From the NCBI GenBank assembly GCA_964584125.1, contig CAZOYP010000001.1, positions 1 through 52,951 of the forward strand: a stretch of DNA of 52,951 bases, in the 5' to 3' direction. The notes under the pieces are model-generated. The model saw only the letters and a list, made by a program, of their open reading frames with translations. It was not told where the DNA came from and made no database searches. Made by a program: the position numbers and the translations under genes. This document shows positions 37,641-46,109 of this stretch, piece by piece (position 1 is the stretch's first letter; each line of letters starts with the position of its first letter). This DNA comes from an uncultured Nitrospinaceae bacterium. Its GTDB lineage: Bacteria; Nitrospinota; Nitrospinia; Nitrospinales; VA-1.

Positions 37641-37670
37641 TTAATACGGCAAATAATCATATTTCTTTAG
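37641..37670 (-). promoter_or_regulatory. sigma28 (FliA)-like promoter upstream of the flagellin gene: TAAA-N15-GCCGTATT
   Basis: Minus-strand TAAA at 37669-37666, a 15-nt spacer, then GCCGTATT at 37650-37643. The -10 matches consensus GCCGATAA only in the GCCG half. Confidence 0.4.
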
Positions 37671-37824
37671 TTATAATAGTTACAAAATACATCAAAAAGT
37701 ATTAACCATGTTAAAACCTTTATTATCAATAGTTTAATATTTATGATTTATAGCCTGTTATAAATATGAATAGGACAAAATTATATCACTAGTGGTAAGT
37801 AACTACATTAAAAGAGGAAATTTT

Positions 37825-38031
37825 ATGAAGAAGATATTAAATGTTGATGGTATGACCTGTGATCACTGTGTTAGTACAATTAAACAAGCTGTAGAGAATC
37901 TAGTTGGAGTCTTCAATGTTGAGGTAGATATTGAAAAAAAACAAGTCATTGTAGAAATGGAAGAAAGCACAGAAAAAATAAAAGATTTAGTAGAAATAAT
38001 AACAGAAGTAGGGTTTAAAGTCAGAATTTGA
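37825..38031 (+). CDS. copZ: heavy-metal-associated (CopZ-like) metallochaperone
   Basis: MKKILNVDGMTCDHCV motif. AGAGGAAA RBS lies before ATG 37825. The track start at 37792 is a GTG extension. Confidence 0.85.
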   Translation: MKKILNVDGMTCDHCVSTIKQAVENLVGVFNVEVDIEKKQVIVEMEESTEKIKDLVEIITEVGFKVRI

Positions 38032-39208
38032 GTCCGCCAACTGTAACTATAAATGATTTTTCTAGTCTATTTCGTATAACAATAATACGAACTTTTTTTC
38101 CTGCTTGAGTTTCAGCCACCATAGATTGAAAGTTTTTAATATTTCTTACTTTTTTCCCATTAAATTTTAAAACAATATCTCCTCTCAATATTCCTGCTTT
38201 TTTTGCAGGGGTATTATTTTTAACATTGTTTACAAGAACTCCTTTTTTATAACCAGAAACCATAAATGCTGAAAAAAGTTCAGGTGTCATTTCCTGAATA
38301 TCTATACCTAACCACCCTCTCTCCACATTACCATTATTTATTAATTCTTCAGAAATACGCAAGGCCATCTCAATAGGTATTGCAAATCCAACTCCAGAGC
38401 CAAGAACTGCAAAACTTGTATTGATGGCAATTATTTCACCATTTAAATTAATTAATGGGCCACCACTATTGCCGGGATTTATAGCTGCATCGGTTTGTAA
38501 AAAGTTTTCATAGGTAGCTAGCCCAAGGTTTGAGCGTCGAACAGCACTGACAACCCCAACAGTAACTGAACCCTGAAGACCATAAGGATTACCTATTGCC
38601 ATTACCCATTGGCCAACTTTTATCTGATTAGAAGATCCAAAAATAGGCTGAGGTAATCTTCTAAAACTATTTATTTTAATGATAGCAATATCTGTCTCTG
38701 GATCAGTACCAATTATATCAGCAAAGTAAGATCGTTGGTCAGACAAACGCACAAGAATTTTATCGTGCCCAGCTATCACATGATGATTAGTTAAAATATG
38801 TCCTTTTTCAGTTATAATCACACCAGACCCTATTGTTTCCGATGTATATTCTTTTCTTAAAAAATGGTCATCAAACCATTCCATTAAAGGGGTAAGCAAT
38901 GAGTTTCTTTCATAAAACGAGTTGTTGGAACTATCAAGTATCACCTTTAACTGGATTTTACTTAGATTAACAACCGAGGGACGAACTAGTTTAGCATTTC
39001 GAATAAATGCTGTTTGTAGTTTTGATATAGAATCATATTGGGGATGATTTAGAATTTTTTGACCGGAAGTATTTTTACCACTTTTAAAAACAATTGTGCC
39101 TTTTTGAGAAAAATATAGGTTTTGATAAACTAAAACTAATATTACTAGGCAAATGATTATTTTTATAGAAAACGAATAACCGTATATTTTTTTTTTATTA
39201 CTTCTCAT
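38021..39208 (-). CDS. HtrA/DegS-like periplasmic serine protease (S1C) with one PDZ domain
   Basis: N-terminal anchor and the catalytic triad context (ILTNHHVI, DIAIIKI, GNSGGPLIN). The PDZ reads PAKKAGILRGDIVLKFNGKKV. Confidence 0.88.
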   Translation of the reverse strand: MRSNKKKIYGYSFSIKIIICLVILVLVYQNLYFSQKGTIVFKSGKNTSGQKILNHPQYDSISKLQTAFIRNAKLVRPSVVNLSKIQLKVILDSSNNSFYERNSLLTPLMEWFDDHFLRKEYTSETIGSGVIITEKGHILTNHHVIAGHDKILVRLSDQRSYFADIIGTDPETDIAIIKINSFRRLPQPIFGSSNQIKVGQWVMAIGNPYGLQGSVTVGVVSAVRRSNLGLATYENFLQTDAAINPGNSGGPLINLNGEIIAINTSFAVLGSGVGFAIPIEMALRISEELINNGNVERGWLGIDIQEMTPELFSAFMVSGYKKGVLVNNVKNNTPAKKAGILRGDIVLKFNGKKVRNIKNFQSMVAETQAGKKVRIIVIRNRLEKSFIVTVGGLKF

Positions 39209-39930
39209 TATTTTATCTTATAACCCCGGTGAATAGAAACAATACCAAAAGTAAGCTCTATGAGTGAAACATTTTCAAACCCTGTCTTTTCAATCCATTT
39301 TGCAAATTGTTTTTGGTTCGGGAAATTAGCTACTGACTCAGGTAGATAGCTGTATGCATCAGAGTGACCAGAAATAAGTTTTCCTATTTTGGGTAAAACG
39401 AGATTGAAATAGCACTGATAGATAGCATTAAGAAGTTTATTTCGAGGGATTGAAAACTCAAGAACAACAATTCTTCCACCTGGTTTGAGTACGCGATAAA
39501 ACTCCTTCAACCCTAAATTAACATTAGCAAAGTTTCTAATTCCAAACGCACAAACAAGCCCTTCAAAACTGTCATCTGAAAAAGGGAGACACTCTCCACT
39601 TCCAACTTGAAATGAAACAGCTTGTTCATAACCATTCTGAAAAACTTTAATACGTCCAAGGCTTAACATAGGTTGACAAAAATCAATTCCAAAAATTTTT
39701 ATTGCTAGGTTTTTCTTGGCAACTTCTAGGATGATATCACCTGTTCCCGTAGCCACATCTAAAATACGATCGTTTTTAATTGGATTAAGCAATTCAATTG
39801 CTCTTCTTCTCCAGTATCGGTCTTGACCACCACTAAGTAATCTATTTAAAAAATCATACTTAGGAGCGATACTTGTAAACATTTCCCGAGTTTGTAGTGA
39901 AGCTGTGGTATCTATAATAGTCATATTCAT
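39208..39930 (-). CDS. ubiE: demethylmenaquinone/ubiquinone C-methyltransferase
   Basis: FTSIAPKYDFLNRLLSGGQDRYWRR, VLDVATGTGD and LKPGGRIVVLEFS. Its TAA shares one nt with the htrA ATG. Confidence 0.88.
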   Translation of the reverse strand: MNMTIIDTTASLQTREMFTSIAPKYDFLNRLLSGGQDRYWRRRAIELLNPIKNDRILDVATGTGDIILEVAKKNLAIKIFGIDFCQPMLSLGRIKVFQNGYEQAVSFQVGSGECLPFSDDSFEGLVCAFGIRNFANVNLGLKEFYRVLKPGGRIVVLEFSIPRNKLLNAIYQCYFNLVLPKIGKLISGHSDAYSYLPESVANFPNQKQFAKWIEKTGFENVSLIELTFGIVSIHRGYKIK

Positions 39931-40097
39931 AAAGTGAAGAAATATATGATCGTTTAAATGCTAACTTTATGATTGTATCATTCGAGTTTATTTGCATCAA
40001 TAACCACAAATAAACATCTGCACCACTAATTCAGCTCAAATAGTATAAATCCAATTATTTTTTTAAATTTTAACTATTTTTATGGAGATATAAAAAA

Positions 40098-40643
40098 ATG
40101 AAAAATGTAGTAGTACCTTTAGCACCAGGATTTGAAGAAATTGAAGTAATTACGGTCATAGACATACTTAGACGAGCAGGCGCTCGAGTCTTTATAGCTG
40201 GCATAGTAGATGGAGCAATAGAAGGATCAAGAGGCATTAAACTTATCGCTGATGAATCTATTGATATAATAAATACTGAGCGATTTGATTTATTAATACT
40301 TCATGGAGGTCAACCCGGGGCGGATAATTTAAACAATGATCCTAGAGTAGCTTCTCTATTAAAAATTATGGGAGATAAGAATAAATTAATAGGAGCTATT
40401 TGCGCGGCACCAATAATTTTAAAGAAAAAAGGTCTTATAAATAATCGAAAAATAACTAGTCATCCTTCAGTTAAGGAAGAATTGGGAGACCATTATGTTG
40501 ATGAAAGAGTTGTTGTTGATCAAAACATTATAACAAGTTGTTCTCCTGGAACTGCAATGGAATTTGCTTTTAAATTGGTGGAAATTCTTTTCGGAAAAGA
40601 TCGAGTAATACTGGTCAACAAGGGCGTCATGGCAAATATTTGA
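40098..40643 (+). CDS. DJ-1/PfpI-family protein (YajL/ThiJ-like)
   Basis: PLAPGFEEIE, and a nucleophile elbow (IGAICAAP). Confidence 0.85.
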   Translation: MKNVVVPLAPGFEEIEVITVIDILRRAGARVFIAGIVDGAIEGSRGIKLIADESIDIINTERFDLLILHGGQPGADNLNNDPRVASLLKIMGDKNKLIGAICAAPIILKKKGLINNRKITSHPSVKEELGDHYVDERVVVDQNIITSCSPGTAMEFAFKLVEILFGKDRVILVNKGVMANI

Positions 40644-40797
40644 TATATTTATTCGGATTTCTAAATTCTTTATTAATTACACCAAAGAAATCTAAAAATA
40701 TATAAATCTTTTAAGAATATATAGTCATCGAATAAGAATTGCTTGGATTAAAATATATAAACATCTTTGAATTTTCTTTTATTTTTAGGGGTTTAAA

Positions 40798-40998
40798 ATG
40801 CAGATAAATAGTTTTCGCAAAAATAATTTAATTAGTATAATATCTAATATTGAAACAAATAGTAAAAAACATAATCCGCAAAGGTGTAATCATTGTGGGG
40901 GAGCATTTAAAAATGGTCAAGATGTTGTGGTATGTATAATGTGCAATCGAGAATTTGGTCATAAGTGCAGTAATTGCACTGAAAGTCTAAAAAAATAG
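40798..40998 (+). CDS. small zinc-ribbon protein (three CxxC pairs)
   Basis: CNHC, CIMC and CSNC motifs. AGGGG RBS lies 6 nt upstream. Confidence 0.45.
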   Translation: MQINSFRKNNLISIISNIETNSKKHNPQRCNHCGGAFKNGQDVVVCIMCNREFGHKCSNCTESLKK

Positions 40999-41068
40999 TT
41001 TTAAAAATTTTCTTCTATAGAATTTACATAATTAATTTAATTCTCTAGTGCTGAAATTTGTTAAAGCT

Positions 41069-41962
41069 TTAAATCCTAAAATCTCCCTGAATCACTGTTA
41101 CTGAATACCCTCCTACTCTGACGGACTTTATTTCACCGTTATTTTGTTCAATGCAAACAAAAATAGATGACGGACGTGAGATCATATACCCTTGTTCAAT
41201 AATTATATTCTTGCAGTCATTTTTTGGTATTAAGTTGTTCTCAAAGAGGTAAGCGCCGACTGCTCCAGCAGCACTCCCAGTAGCCGGGTCTTCGACAATA
41301 CCTAAATCAGGAGCAAATGCTCTTGCGTGAATAGAAGCATTTGCATCCAATGTTTCCATAGTAAACGCGTATAGCAAGTCAGTGCCAAGAGTAGCCAAAA
41401 ACTCCCTTAATTTAATAGTATTAATTGTAATATTTTGTAAAGCCTTTAGTGAGCTGACGGGCACAATTAAAACAGGTAATCCTGTAGACACAATCTGCAT
41501 AGGGTATGAACTTGAACTAATATCGTCTGCCAAAACTCCAATTGCCTTTCCTACTTCATCCGTACATTTTATAGGATTTTCAAAAGAGGGTGCTAATTGA
41601 TCCATAAATAGAAGGTTATCTTTTCCTTTTGGCGCCACAGTAACTACTCCCCCTTTCAAGGAAAGCTTTATAGGATAATTACCAGGAAGAACCCTCCCAG
41701 TTTCTCTTAAAATATGAGCCGTACCTAAACTAGGATGACCGGCAAAAGGAAGTTCTTTTTCAGGCGTAAAAATACGAACTGAAAAATCTACAGGCATGTT
41801 ACCCGGAGGTAAAACAAAAGTAGTTTCTGAAAGATTCATTTCTCGTGCAATATTTTGCATATTATCATCAGTCAACCCTTCAGAATCAAAAACTACAGCT
41901 AAGGGATTCCCACCAAATGGCACTTTGGTGAAGACATCAACTTGATAAAAAGAACAACTCAT
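41069..41962 (-). CDS. PhzF-family isomerase/epimerase-like protein
   Basis: FYQVDVFT..PFGGNPLAVV, LSETTFV, FAGHPSLG and EDPATGSAAG. Confidence 0.85.
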   Translation of the reverse strand: MSCSFYQVDVFTKVPFGGNPLAVVFDSEGLTDDNMQNIAREMNLSETTFVLPPGNMPVDFSVRIFTPEKELPFAGHPSLGTAHILRETGRVLPGNYPIKLSLKGGVVTVAPKGKDNLLFMDQLAPSFENPIKCTDEVGKAIGVLADDISSSSYPMQIVSTGLPVLIVPVSSLKALQNITINTIKLREFLATLGTDLLYAFTMETLDANASIHARAFAPDLGIVEDPATGSAAGAVGAYLFENNLIPKNDCKNIIIEQGYMISRPSSIFVCIEQNNGEIKSVRVGGYSVTVIQGDFRI

Positions 41963-41974
41963 ATATATTTTTAG

Positions 41975-43870
41975 TTAAAGATTTTTATCAACCCATTTTT
42001 TCAAAACGTAGAGTGACCATGGACGAGACCAGGAACACCTTTTTTTTAAAAAATTAATCCATATTTTGTGAATGCTATCTTGAGAAACAAAGTCGGACAA
42101 CTTTTCTGTGGGAGTGAGTAAAACAGATTCAACTTCAGACTTCATTTTTCCTCTCATCCAAATTTCAAATGGAAATGTAAACCCCATTTTTTTTCTATCC
42201 ACTATAAAGTCAGGTAATTTCTTTGATAAAGAATTCACTAATAGCGGTTTAGGTATTCCTTTTTTCATTTTAATGCTAGAAGGGATCGAAAACATTAGTT
42301 CAACTAGTTTGTGGTCTAAAAAAGGGACTCTAATTTCAATGCCATTGGCCATACTCATTACATCTGTATCGCGTAATAAGGTTGTAGCCATATATTGGGT
42401 CATTTCAAGATACGATATCAAGTTCAGAGAAGATAAATCTGACCTAGATTCGATTAACTCTTGTGTTTGGTTTAAATGTTTTTTTATTTCTGTTTTAAAA
42501 AAAAATGGATTTGAAATCAAGTTTTGTAGTTCTTGTTCACAAAACAATGCGCGAAATAGGAAATAGACATGAGGACCGTTATAGTGGCCATTAATAAAAT
42601 GATTTAGTTTTATTTTTTTATCAGAATGTGGCAAAAGGCAAGAAACAACAGAAGCAAATTGTTTTCTAAAACTTATTGGAAACGATTTTATAATTTCTTC
42701 TATTTTTTTTAGCCTGGGTATAAAGTAAAAAGAATCGTACCCAGCGAACAATTCATCTCCCCCAACCCCTGACAAAGCAACCTTTAAGCCTATATTATTT
42801 GCAGCACGTGAAATTATAAATGTATTTATTCCATCAACAGTCGGTTGATCCATTGAGGACAGGGCAGGGGGTAAACTCTCCAGAAGATCTTCTTCTGATA
42901 ATAAAACTTTATGGTGCTCGGTAGCCTGGCTCTCTGAAATCAGAGATGAATATTTAGATTCATCATAATCTTTATCCCTAAATGCAATTGATAGTGTTTT
43001 GATTGGTGTAGACTGGCTAGCAGTTATCATACTTACTAGGGCACTTGAATCTATACCACCACTAAGAAAAGCTCCGATAGAAACATCACTAACAAGATGC
43101 TGTGTGACTATATTTTTAAGACAACTTTCTATCTGTTGATGTATTGAAGTAGACTGCTGCATGGAACTAATTGCATGCGTTGGGTCCCAATATTGTTTAA
43201 CTTTAATCCCATTATTATCTGCAATTAAAAAATGACCCGGAGGGACCTCCATTATAGACTCTAATATCGATTCTATGGATCCTACTCGGCCGAAGGATAG
43301 ATACTGATAGATTCCAGTTGAATTTATAGTTGGGTTATATATTTTTGAGGCGAGTATAGCTCTTACTTCTGAGGCAAATAACAAGATGTCTTTTGTTGAA
43401 CAATAATATAGGGGTTTTATACCTACCCGATCTCTAGCAAGTACTAGCCTGTTATTTGGACCATCCCATATTGAAAAAGCAAACATACCTCGTATTTTTG
43501 TTAAACAATCTAGCCCCCATGCTTCGTAAGCTCGCAGTAATACCTCTGTATCAGAATTAGATTTAAAATTATATCTATCTACTAGTTCTTTTTTTAATTC
43601 TTTGTAGTTATATATTTCACTGTTAGTTGATATCCACACTGTTGAGTTATCGTTAGACATTGGTTGATGACCACCTTGACTGGTATCAATTATTGATAAT
43701 CTTTGATGCCCCAGATACAAGCTGGATCCGCTATGTGGTTTAATTTGTATTTCGCCCCGATCATCCGGTCCTCTATGGTCCAATGCATCAAGCATCATTT
43801 GAAGCCCTTTATTAAGGCTTTCATGTGATCTTTTCAGATTACTATTAAGAATACCGGCAATACCGCACAT
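41975..43870 (-). CDS. asnB: asparagine synthase (glutamine-hydrolysing) family amidotransferase
   Basis: MCGIAGIL Ntn nucleophile, LSGGIDSS PP-loop, and 631 aa length. Confidence 0.85.
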   Translation of the reverse strand: MCGIAGILNSNLKRSHESLNKGLQMMLDALDHRGPDDRGEIQIKPHSGSSLYLGHQRLSIIDTSQGGHQPMSNDNSTVWISTNSEIYNYKELKKELVDRYNFKSNSDTEVLLRAYEAWGLDCLTKIRGMFAFSIWDGPNNRLVLARDRVGIKPLYYCSTKDILLFASEVRAILASKIYNPTINSTGIYQYLSFGRVGSIESILESIMEVPPGHFLIADNNGIKVKQYWDPTHAISSMQQSTSIHQQIESCLKNIVTQHLVSDVSIGAFLSGGIDSSALVSMITASQSTPIKTLSIAFRDKDYDESKYSSLISESQATEHHKVLLSEEDLLESLPPALSSMDQPTVDGINTFIISRAANNIGLKVALSGVGGDELFAGYDSFYFIPRLKKIEEIIKSFPISFRKQFASVVSCLLPHSDKKIKLNHFINGHYNGPHVYFLFRALFCEQELQNLISNPFFFKTEIKKHLNQTQELIESRSDLSSLNLISYLEMTQYMATTLLRDTDVMSMANGIEIRVPFLDHKLVELMFSIPSSIKMKKGIPKPLLVNSLSKKLPDFIVDRKKMGFTFPFEIWMRGKMKSEVESVLLTPTEKLSDFVSQDSIHKIWINFLKKRCSWSRPWSLYVLKKWVDKNL

Positions 43871-43986
43871 AATTCTTATATCCTTAATGTATAGGAAGGA
43901 AACAAACGAATATTAGTTCCCATAACATATATTATGTAAACTAAGAAAGTATAATTAAAATTATTAGAAAGCAGAAGACTTGCTAG

Positions 43987-44934
43987 TTAGCTTTTTTTAA
44001 GAGCGAGGACATCTTTAATAGCTCTAAATATATGATTAGATGAAAGACCATATTTTGCATACAATTCGGAACCAGAGCCCGTTTCGGCAAATTGATCGTG
44101 CACAGCAATAGACTTAAACGGTATTGAAATTTGGTTATTAACTAGAGTACGACTCACCGCTTCGGCCAAGCCACCAATGATATTGTGATCCTCCGCAGTG
44201 ATTACAGCCTTATGCCGTCTAGTTTCCTCAACTATAAGAGATTCATCTAAGGGTTTAAGGGTCGAGATATTTACAATAGTTGTAGAAATAGATTCTTTCT
44301 GGAGTAAATCAGCTGCATTTAAACTCTCTTGAACCAAGCTCCCCGTAGCAAAAATTACAATATCACTCCCTTGTCTTAAAATACTACCTTTTCCAATCTT
44401 AAATGTATAACTAGAGTCATATACACCTTTTAATTTAGGCCTGCCCAAACGAAGGTAAGCTGGTCCGATATGTTTAGATAGAACTTTGGTAGCTTGAAAT
44501 GCCTCCTCCCAATCAGCAGGCTGAACAACAGTCATGTTAGGCATTGCGCGAGTATAAGCAAGATCAACAATCATTTGAGCCGATGGACCGTCTTCACCTA
44601 CAGCTAAACCTGTATGAGTACCTGCTAATTTTACATTTGAATTAGAATACGCGACACTAACTAGAATCTGATCCATAGTTCGGCCAAGAAGAAAACAAGC
44701 AAAACTAGTTGCAAAAGCAACTTTTCCTGTTCTTGCAAGCCCAGCTGCAGTGCAGACGAGATCACCTTCACTAATTCCCATATTAAAAAAACGTTCGGGG
44801 AATTCCTGCCCAAATTTTATTGTACGGGTACTGTCACTAACTCCTGAGTCGAGAACCACTACATTGGAATCACTTTTTCCAAGCTCAAGTAGTGCAGCCC
44901 CATAACCATCTCTGGTAGCTCCATCTTTAAACAT
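43987..44934 (-). CDS. transketolase, C-terminal (pyrimidine-binding) subunit
   Basis: TRDGYGAALLELG, FNMGISEGDLV and HTGLAVGEDGPSAQ. There is an 8-nt overlap with the N-terminal subunit gene. Confidence 0.88.
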   Translation of the reverse strand: MFKDGATRDGYGAALLELGKSDSNVVVLDSGVSDSTRTIKFGQEFPERFFNMGISEGDLVCTAAGLARTGKVAFATSFACFLLGRTMDQILVSVAYSNSNVKLAGTHTGLAVGEDGPSAQMIVDLAYTRAMPNMTVVQPADWEEAFQATKVLSKHIGPAYLRLGRPKLKGVYDSSYTFKIGKGSILRQGSDIVIFATGSLVQESLNAADLLQKESISTTIVNISTLKPLDESLIVEETRRHKAVITAEDHNIIGGLAEAVSRTLVNNQISIPFKSIAVHDQFAETGSGSELYAKYGLSSNHIFRAIKDVLALKKS

Positions 44935-45775
44935 TTTTTATCTCTAGTTCATTTAAAGCCTTATTAAAATCCTCTTCACTCGGAGCAACTCCATGCCAGC
45001 TTTTTTCTCCTTCCATAAAACTTACACCTTTGCCTTTAATAGTATCTGCAATAATAACCCTGGGTTTTTTAGAATGAATAGGTAATAAAAGCGTATTCAT
45101 AATCGACTTCATATTATGGCCATCAATACGATGAACATCCCAGCCAAATGCATTCCACTTGTCTTCGAGAGGTTCTATATTTTTTAAGTCTTCAGTCACA
45201 TTATCCTGAGCAACTTTATTGTTATCAATTATTGCTATCAAATTATTAGAATTAAACTTGGAGGCTGACATAGCAGCCTCCCATATTTGGCCCTCTTGGA
45301 TTTCGCCATCTCCGAGAACAACGTATACTTTGTAATTCAATTTATCTATTCTTGCAGCTAAAGCTATTCCATGGCCAACACTTAAGCCCTGCCCTAAGCT
45401 ACCACTAGCAATTTCAATACCTGGAGTTTTAGGATGGGGATGCCCAGACAAAAATAATTCACTATCAATTTTTCTATATCCATTTAGAACTGCTTCAGGA
45501 AAGTAACCAGCGCGCGACAAAACACAATACATAAGGGCACTTGCATGACCTTTGCTAAGAATAAATCTATCTCTAGTTGGATCGTTTGGACTATTAGCGT
45601 CGTATTGCAGAATACCACCAAAGTAAATTGCAGTAAGTAGGTCCGTGGCGGATAAACTACCCCCGGGATGACCAGACCCTGCATGGAAGATAACTTTTAA
45701 GATTTTTTGACGAAGTTCATTGGCTATTCTCTCAAGTTCTGATAGATCTGATCCACTCAAATTGGTATTTACCAT
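44927..45775 (-). CDS. transketolase, N-terminal (TPP-binding) subunit
   Basis: SGHPGGSLS, LSKGHA, GSLGQGLSVGHG, LGDGEIQEG. Confidence 0.88.
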   Translation of the reverse strand: MVNTNLSGSDLSELERIANELRQKILKVIFHAGSGHPGGSLSATDLLTAIYFGGILQYDANSPNDPTRDRFILSKGHASALMYCVLSRAGYFPEAVLNGYRKIDSELFLSGHPHPKTPGIEIASGSLGQGLSVGHGIALAARIDKLNYKVYVVLGDGEIQEGQIWEAAMSASKFNSNNLIAIIDNNKVAQDNVTEDLKNIEPLEDKWNAFGWDVHRIDGHNMKSIMNTLLLPIHSKKPRVIIADTIKGKGVSFMEGEKSWHGVAPSEEDFNKALNELEIKNV

Positions 45776-46109
45776 ATAAAATACAAAAAAAGTCTAAAAT
45801 AATATGAATTGAACTAGCTTATACCACATCATTATTTGAATATCCAATATAAGAAATACTCAAGAAAAAAGGTTATTTCGCCGATAAACCTTTTAGTTCT
45901 ATACATATAGAGATTGTTCGACATTCATAAATAAGCTTAATCATTAAACCCTTAGACAAATAAAAGCGGTTTTTAATTAAAAACTCATTCCAATATAATA
46001 AAATATTAAAAATGCGTTAAAAAAAGTTAACTATTGGTTAATTAATTGTTAATTTTTGCAGACTTAATATAGATAATACTTTTCCAACTTGTTCTGGAAT
46101 CATTGCAAA

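Noticed and set aside
37544-37660. A 39-codon N-terminal extension of the flagellin ORF (MIICRIKQLRGSMETNPQ...). Similar track over-extensions occur at 5876 (ftsX), 8031 (ctp), 37792 (copZ), 46089 (tolC) and 49855 (permease).
   Set aside because: The extensions overlap upstream genes or leader and promoter elements and lack family-consistent sequence. Internal starts give canonical N-termini, signal peptides or stop-start coupling.
42108-42566. Long antisense ORFs inside well-supported genes. These are 42108-42566 in asnB, 46100-46522 in tolC, 49800-50165 across the macB genes, 51959-52333 in pabB, 12872-13204 in gpsA, 33244-33546 across hemC/nadC, and 67-255 in pgk.
   Set aside because: Each lies opposite a gene with strong family motifs. 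Their translations are low-complexity with no recognisable motifs or RBS. They are most simply shadow ORFs.
45867-45894. An exact sigma28 -10 consensus GCCGATAA (45880-45887) in the loop and 3' arm of an 8-bp hairpin (AAAAGGTT...AACCTTTT), upstream of the tolC operon.
   Set aside because: No TAAA -35 element lies at the required 15-nt spacing, and the downstream genes are an efflux pump rather than flagellar or chemotaxis genes. It is probably a chance match.
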